Source: Eledone cirrhosa
Taxonomy: Eukaryota
Assembly (NCBI GenBank): GCA_964016885.1
Contig: OZ024742.1
Coordinates: forward strand, 309,814,001-309,878,000
Direction: 5' to 3'
Length of the DNA stretch: 64,000 nt
Part shown: positions 56,716 to 64,000 of the stretch, in pieces
Layout of the letters: each line of letters begins with the position of its first letter
Position numbering within the stretch: position 1 is the first letter of the stretch
The notes under the pieces: model-generated
The model's input: the letters and a program-made list of their open reading frames with translations, nothing else
What the model was told of the DNA's origin: nothing
Database searches by the model: none
Made by a program: the position numbers and the translations under genes

Positions 56716-58289
56716 ATAAAATAGGCTGAAAACCCTTAAAGACATAAAAAGAAGTTGTCATCGGCCGCTGATAGCAACTTCTTTTTCCACCGTACCAGCT
56801 TCTGTAAGCTATTTTATAGCATCACTGCGCATGGGCACACCACTCTTTGTATCAACTTTATCCCTTCAGCGCTTCGTAAAAGTTCGAATGGTTGGTTTCG
56901 TATTCACGATGTGTGTTGACACTTGATAAGAAGTTTCAAATGGGTTCGCAATTTCACGCATGGGCCTCTACCCTACTTTGTACGAGTCGGGTCGGCTTGT
57001 ATCAATTCTCTTCACTTACATTATATAGACTATGGAAAAGGCATGAATGTTATGAAGCACATGAAACCTTTTGTTATAAGCACCTGAAACCTTTTGCATA
57101 TGTAACACATCGATATCATTTTTGTTTGACGTCATTGTTACTGATAACAACCACACTTTGGAATCAATGACACCCTGGGTTCAAACGATAATCGAGTACA
57201 CATGCACACCTTACACTGTCACAATCTTATACACACGCACACAGCATACATACATACACATACACAAATACACATACTCACATATACACACTCATATACT
57301 CAACTTTCAGTCAGATACACACTCAGATATTGAAACTTCAGTCACACAAACACACACACCCTTTCACACACACACACACACTCTCACACACACACGTACT
57401 CAACTTTCAGACACCCATATTCAAACTTCAATCACACAGACGCACACACCCATACACACATTCACACACTCTCTCATACAGACACGTACTGAACTTTCAG
57501 ACACACGCACACATACACACACTTAGTTTTTAACAAATTCAAGTTTCACACACCACACACATATTGAAATACACTATTTTTCAGACACCTACACACCAGC
57601 TTATATACTCAACTTTCACATACGCACACACGCACACAGATATAGACACACATATACACATACTGAACTGTCAGACCCCTCTCCACCCACACACACATAC
57701 ATGCACTCATTTGCGAATATACACTCAAATAGACACTCAGTCATTCACATCTCACACTTTCAGAAACATACACACAACATGTATACATATTTACATATAA
57801 TCTGAGAAACACACATGCATACACATTCTCACATACATGCATACATCCACACGCACCTTTACACAAACATACACACACATGCATACTGTCACACATACAC
57901 CCACACGCACACACACATACATAGATACTGTCACACATACACCCACACACACCTTTACACACACACACACAGACACACATACATACTGTCACACATACAC
58001 TCACACACAGCTTTACACAATCACACACATATGCATACATACCGTCACATATATATCCATAGGCACCTTTACACTATCACACACACACATACGTACTGTC
58101 ACACATACACCCACATGCACCTTTGCACAAACACACACACACACACATACACATACGTACTGTCACACATACACCCACACACACCTATACGCAAACACAT
58201 ACACACATACATACTGTCACACATACGTCTACACACACCGTTACACAAACACACACACATATATACTGTCACACATACACCCACACACC

Positions 58290-58330
<41 letters not shown>

Positions 58331-58667
58331 GTACTGTCACACATACGGCCACACACACTGCCCCATTCTCACTCATATACTATTTATACACCCATACCAC
58401 ATACACACACGCAGACATATTCACTCACAAATTCGCACACGCATTCTCATACATTCATATGCTCACGCCTACACACACACTCTCCCATACATACTAACAC
58501 TCCATATATACACACTCACATGCTCACACACACAAATACACATTCACACATAATACCCCATACGCACTAACACCCTAATTACATACACAGACATATACCT
58601 ACACACATTCAGTTACATACATACACAGGCCGGGGAGTTGTTACGCCAGTCACATGTTATGTTTATA

Positions 58668-59967
58668 TTGGTAGATTGGCAGTATCGGTAGAGGTTAGGA
58701 CGCCATGCTTTACAGCATAGAGTTACGACCCTTTACGGCCCGAGTTAAAATCCCGCCGAGGTTCACTTTGTCTTTTATCCTTACGGGTCGACAAAATAAA
58801 GTACCAGTAATGTACTGGGGTAATTGCAGGCATCGTGTCTAAAGTAGAAACAATTATTATTCATTATACAGCGTCGGATACTCTGCTTCGCGGCATAGAG
58901 TTACGGCCCTTTATATTCTGAGTTTGAATCCTGTCGAGGTTAACTTTGCCTTTCATCCTTACGAGGTCGATAAAACAAAATACCAGTAATGCACTGGTGT
59001 CGCGATATAATTGACTTTCCCCTCCCTCAAATTGTTGGCCTTGTGCCTATAGTAGAAACTATTATTATTCACTATACAGGGGGCGGTAGATTGGCAGTAT
59101 CGGTAGAGCGCCGGACTCCATGCTTCGCAGCATAGAGTTATAGCCCTTTACGTTTTGATTTCAAATCCTGCCGAGGTTAAATTTGCCTTTCATCCTTACA
59201 ATGTCGTTAAAACCAGTAATGCACTGGGGTCGATTTAATCGACTTTTCCATCCCCGTCAAATTGCTGGCCTTGTGCCTAAACTAGAAACAAGACCCCCTC
59301 GCGAAGTTATTGTGCAAAGTGGCTTAGTATTCGACAGACACGTATACACCAGACCTGTCAACTCTCATCGTCAAACGGGGAGATCTCGCACCTACTTTGT
59401 GAAAATAGGTATAGCTTTCATTATGTAAAATCTCCCCGTTTTGGAGCACTTTTCTTCATGTTACTTCCCGTTTGGGTTTTTAGAGGTTGGCAGGTCTGTA
59501 TACACTTAATGTAATTCTGAAGCCTACTCAGTGAGATGTAATGTAATAATGGTTTCTTATATAGGCACAAGGCCAGCAATTTTGGGGGAGGGGAAAGTCG
59601 ATTAAATCGACACCAGTGCGTGACTGTTACTTTATTTTATCGACCCCGTAAGGATGAAAGGCAAAGTTAACCTCGGTGGGATTTGAACTCAGATCATAAA
59701 AGGCTGTAACTCTATGCTACAAAGCATGGCGTCCGACGCTCTACCGATACTGCCAATCCGCTGTTATGAGATGTAATGTAATAATAACTGTTTCTACTTT
59801 AGGCACAAGGCCAGCAATTATCCAGTGCATTACTGGTACTTTATTTTATCGATCCCGTAAGGATGTAAGGCAAAGTTAACCTCGGTGGGATTTGGACTCA
59901 GAATGGCGAGGGCCGTAACTCTATGCGTCAAAGCATCGCGTCCGACCTTTTACCGATACTGCCAATC
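58668..59967. mobile_element. Cluster of family-2 SINEs (three on +, two on -) around a MITE
   Basis: Repeated ggtagattggcagtatcggtagag...tagaaac units at 58668-59290 (+) and their reverse complements at 59550-59967. Confidence 0.8.
59350..59498. mobile_element. MITE with CAGACCTG termini and target-site duplication
   Basis: TIRs cagacctgtcaac / gttggcaggtctg; tatacac duplicated on both flanks. Confidence 0.75.
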
Positions 59968-60179
59968 AATAATACACTGTATATGAAATGGTTGGTTGTG
60001 TAACTTTGGTATATTTCTGAATGTTGTCAAGTTAATGTTTGACCTTCCGGTAAATGAGAAATTGAAACGGTTTTAAATTTAATGGTCCTAATATTTCAAT
60101 TCACATCATTGACATCTTTCTGGACTGAAGAGAGAAGCGGAGTGAGGAGATGAGGAAAAGTGAGTTTGATGTCATACAC

Positions 60180-61320
60180 CGATATTTGGCTTCTAGAGGG
60201 AGCTTTTGTGTGATCGATCAACCGGCTAGAAATAGCAACCAAATTTCCATCAATTCGTACCTTAATGTTTAAAAAGAAGAAGGACATCTGGCAGCAGACT
60301 GAGCACCTCACTAGTGGAAGGCGTCATTTCCACAAGAAAGGAAAGAGCAGACGCCCCATGCTGGTGTGACGAGAACTGGGATTAACGACGGTCAAGCGGT
60401 AATATATCACAGAAGCGACGAAAGCGTTCGTCACCCCTGCCCAACCTTTCAGTGTTAACTTCCTTTTATCCCATTTCTGAATGTGACTGGCCGCCCTGCT
60501 CATTACTTTAACCCAGTTTCAGTCCATCTGGAGGTCTGAAATAAACTAGACCCCTAACATGTTAACGGGAATGACCATCCAGTACCCAACGACATTATCT
60601 GTCGGCGGCATGGACATGCATCTCCAGGTACTGACCTGCCCGCCTACCGACATGTTTGCGATATTTTTTGCTCCTGTCAACGTTTTTTTTTATTCCTTTG
60701 AGCAGATACCGACCATCTTGATTTCAGAGGTGTTCTACACCATAACGGTAACGTTGTTTGTATATGCCAATGCAGCTCTTCTACAACCTGGTTAAATTGG
60801 GATGCCTTTCAATAGCTCCATCATACCTAGTTAGCTTGAGAGTCAACACATACAGACGGGAGGAAAGAGGGCATCCATTACGGACCGAGTGCATGATCTG
60901 AAACGGTTCCAATACGTGGCCTTTTACCTTGACCATCGAGCAGATGCCGATGTGCATTGAAGTGATCCAACCTCTGAAGCGGGATCAAAACGGACTGCCT
61001 TGAGGACAACAACAAAGTATCGATGGTCAACCATATGGAAAGTTTTCGATTGATTCATGTTGATAAGAGTTCCACCGAAGCGACATTTACTCTTTACATT
61101 CTCTACGTTGTATCACATAAAAGGTACGCATGTCTGAGCTTTACTGATCATACGTTCGACGACAGGCACCAGCTTCCTTGCTAGCACGTTAGTCACAATC
61201 TCAAAGCCCGTGTTGAGCTGAGTTATGGGCCGGAAATTTTCAGTTACGCTCAACCCCATTGTTCATATCCTTCCACAGCGTTACCACCCCCCAGCTCAAA
61301 ATCGAGTAGCAATCACTCAT
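60180..61320 (-). pseudogene. Decayed L1/Tx1-clade reverse transcriptase
   Basis: Minus-strand motifs NFRPITQLNT, LINMNQSKTFHMVDH, SVRNGCPLSSRLY and AYTNNVTV correspond to RT motifs RPITLLN, LDQxKAFDRVDH, VRQGCPLSP and YADD. Confidence 0.8.
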
Positions 61321-61947
61321 TCTAGTCCGTCAAAGACCGAATATTGGATTTGTTGCACGCTCTACTGCTTCGAATCCAGAACGATGTGATTTCTAAATTA
61401 ACTTCGTTATCACATAGACGCATTCAAACTCATACACTCCACCCCGATTTATCTAGCTCTCTCTCGCAGACCTCGCAGCTATTTTATATGTTTATAACTG
61501 CTCTCCTTGTTAGATTTTATTCCAAGGAGCTTCTCCGTGTCACATCTTACAGGTTTCTTCAATTCTAGGGCAAATTTCCCGCATCATTGCCACCATGGCT
61601 ATATATCTTCATAATCTCTAATATTTGAGCGGGAAATGAGATACATAACTTACATGAAAGAGATATCTAGATTTTAATATTGTTTCAAGATAATATTAAA
61701 TTTTTTTTTTTTCTTCACTAACTTAAGACAGTCTACATTTTAAAAGTATAGAGTTTTTAAAACAAAATTCAGCGAAAACCAGGGTTTCAGATAAAAATCA
61801 AAACAAAGCCTTCTATTTTGTTTGTAAAACGAGAAGCTTCTATTACTATATTTAATCTCTTCAAACCGTCTTGACATTGCAATAATTGGTTGAACATCAG
61901 TAATTTGAATTTTAGAATATATAGATTTGGATTCTTGTTTTGTGAAC

Positions 61948-62004
<57 letters not shown>

Positions 62005-62055
62005 TAATATCATAAACCACCCGTTCTCCCCTCTCTCTCTCTATATATATATATG

Positions 62056-62086
<31 letters not shown>

Positions 62087-62103
62087 ATACATATATATAT
62101 ACA

Positions 62104-62175
<72 letters not shown>

Positions 62176-62177
62176 CA

Positions 62178-62238
<61 letters not shown>

Positions 62239-62459
62239 GTGTATATATATATACATATACATACATCTAGTTACCAAGGGCCAGTAGGTTCAGTTCACTT
62301 CTGTAAACACTGGGAGAAACCAGTGTAATTTGATGAGTACAACGAAAGTTTGTATCCCTCGGTTGAGCTGAATATGTGTGTGAAACCCTCCCCTTAGTTT
62401 AGCTTAGTGAAGGATTGGCTTATTAATTGAGATTTGATTATTCTTTGTGATTGTGGAGT

Positions 62460-62583
<124 letters not shown>

Positions 62584-62696
62584 GCACGCACACACACACA
62601 CACACACGCACATACGCACACACACATACACACACACCTTTATATTTATCTAGCTATCTATTGGTATGTCAGCCTATCTGTTTGTCTATCTATCTA

Positions 62697-63058
62697 TAGA
62701 GAGGTGCTACACCCCAGCCGTTTTTATGAAAGATGGGTGAAAGTGGCGAGAATGGCCCGTGTGAATGGGCCTTCACTCTACATCAGACTATAGGTGAGGA
62801 AGATGAAAGACCAAGGGAGCACCCCTTCTCTGTGCTCCTGAGGAGAAGGGTTGCACACTTTTTTTCGGGAGTGTGTGCGACCCCCCAAGGCGCCTCCTCT
62901 CTATTGAGGACTTTGTTATAAATTTTATTTTTTGTTATATTTTATTTTATTTTTATATATTGTTATTGCCTCCTCCTTATTGAGGACGCCTTGTTTTGTA
63001 AACTCCCCCCATTGTACATGTCCCGCTTTTGATGCCCTGGTGGCAAATAAAAGAAACA
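62697..63058 (+). mobile_element. 3' end of a Tx1/L1-like LINE (ORF2 C-terminus and 3' UTR)
   Basis: Reads REVLHPSRFYERWVKVARMARVNG...*, then a T-rich UTR, AATAAA at about 63046 and an A-rich end. Flanked on both sides by (TATC)n. Confidence 0.6.
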
Positions 63059-63285
63059 TATCTATCTATCTATCTATCTATCTTGATAGAGTAAGACACG
63101 CTTCGCATCGGCTCCGCTATTCCATCGGGATTTACCCTTACCATTGTAAGTACCGGATAAATTTTTTAGTGCAACACATTTGGAACACTAACCCCTGTTA
63201 TTTAGGGAAACATTTTTGCATTTACCCCCTTTTTAGGGGGTAAAATAAATATCTATTTTTGCCGAAAAATTTCTTTCTTGGCAGC

Positions 63286-64000
63286 ATGGCGGAAAAGATG
63301 GCAGACATGTCTGCCATTAGCTCTGCCACGCCCCCCAAGTCTGAAGAACAAAAAGTAATTACAACAAAATTAGACATTGAAACAAACAAACAAAATGAAA
63401 AAACAAATGTTAAGGAAAATGAGCAAACAGAAAACAAACAAACAGAAAATAATACAAATAACGACAGGGCAACTTTCGCCCAGAAAACAAAACAATCCAT
63501 TACATACACACCAATTGACCTAACTGCCGCCAGAGAAAAACTGGCCGAAGCAAAGAAACACATTGTTTTGGGGGAGAACGGAATGTTTTCCATTAACTCC
63601 CCCCCAGAATTCAAGAAAGCCAGAGCAGAAAACACAGTTCTATACAGAACTATACTGAACCAGACAAGAAAGCCAGCACAGCCCAGCCAAATGGAAATAG
63701 AGTTAGTCCTAAAAGACTATATGAAGAATATTCTCTTCATACGAAAGGACCGACTCTATGGCAGCATTTCGGTCCTAACAAGAGACAAAGAAACGGCGGA
63801 GAAGCTTTCCCTAAGCCCACTCTCGTCGACAACATATAGCTTCTATCCCTCCTACATGGGTAGAAGAACACAGAGAGTAAAAGTAAAAACAATGCTGCCC
63901 ACAATGGACTTCTGGTGGGCTATTGCTGGCTTCATTGATATGGGCGAAGACACTATGCTGTCAATGGGGAAGGCAACTGGAGATGCGTTCCTGGGAATGG
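63286..64000 (+). CDS. Uninterrupted ORF (at least 238 codons, runs off the window), probable Tx1-like LINE ORF1
   Basis: ATG at 63286 and no stop to 64000: MAEKMADMS...FYPSYMGRRTQRVKV.... The A-rich sense strand and the position directly after a LINE 3' end fit a LINE ORF1. It is absent from the ORF track because it lacks a stop. Confidence 0.6.
   Translation, partial: MAEKMADMSAISSATPPKSEEQKVITTKLDIETNKQNEKTNVKENEQTENKQTENNTNNDRATFAQKTKQSITYTPIDLTAAREKLAEAKKHIVLGENGMFSINSPPEFKKARAENTVLYRTILNQTRKPAQPSQMEIELVLKDYMKNILFIRKDRLYGSISVLTRDKETAEKLSLSPLSSTTYSFYPSYMGRRTQRVKVKTMLPTMDFWWAIAGFIDMGEDTMLSMGKATGDAFLGM

Noticed and set aside
57815-58570. His/Thr-rich 251-aa ORF with repeated YCHTY motifs
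   Set aside because: CA-rich minisatellite with a recurring actgtcacacatacacc unit; all frames are low complexity.
62340-62370. ttgatga-gt(aca)ac-gaaa hammerhead-like string
   Set aside because: Only a 2-bp stem II, a mismatched core and no convincing stem I or III, so it may be chance.

Overview
Eukaryotic, AT-rich genomic DNA saturated with (TA)n/(CA)n/(TACA)n microsatellites and tRNA-derived SINEs; the composition looks like a coleoid cephalopod (Octopus-like), which is an inference. Nearly all ORFs in the supplied track are microsatellite translation artefacts. One host gene is visible: the last two coding exons of a SoxF-group (Sox7/17/18-like) HMG-box transcription factor (20339-20875 and 21708-23272, + strand). 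I did not find the exon encoding the first half of its HMG box in the window. The rest is transposon debris: SINEs, Tc1/mariner, pogo and hAT-type MITEs, a mariner transposase pseudogene, a Helentron-type element, RTE and Tx1/L1 LINE fragments, an open LINE ORF1-like frame at the right edge, and a decayed Penelope-like element (PLE) GIY-YIG endonuclease. The most striking unannotated signal is a set of short insertions from several unrelated families sitting inside TA microsatellites. They carry minimal hammerhead ribozyme (HHR) motifs and are often folded back into palindromes whose turning point lies in or beside the hammerhead. All alignments and RNA folds were done by eye.
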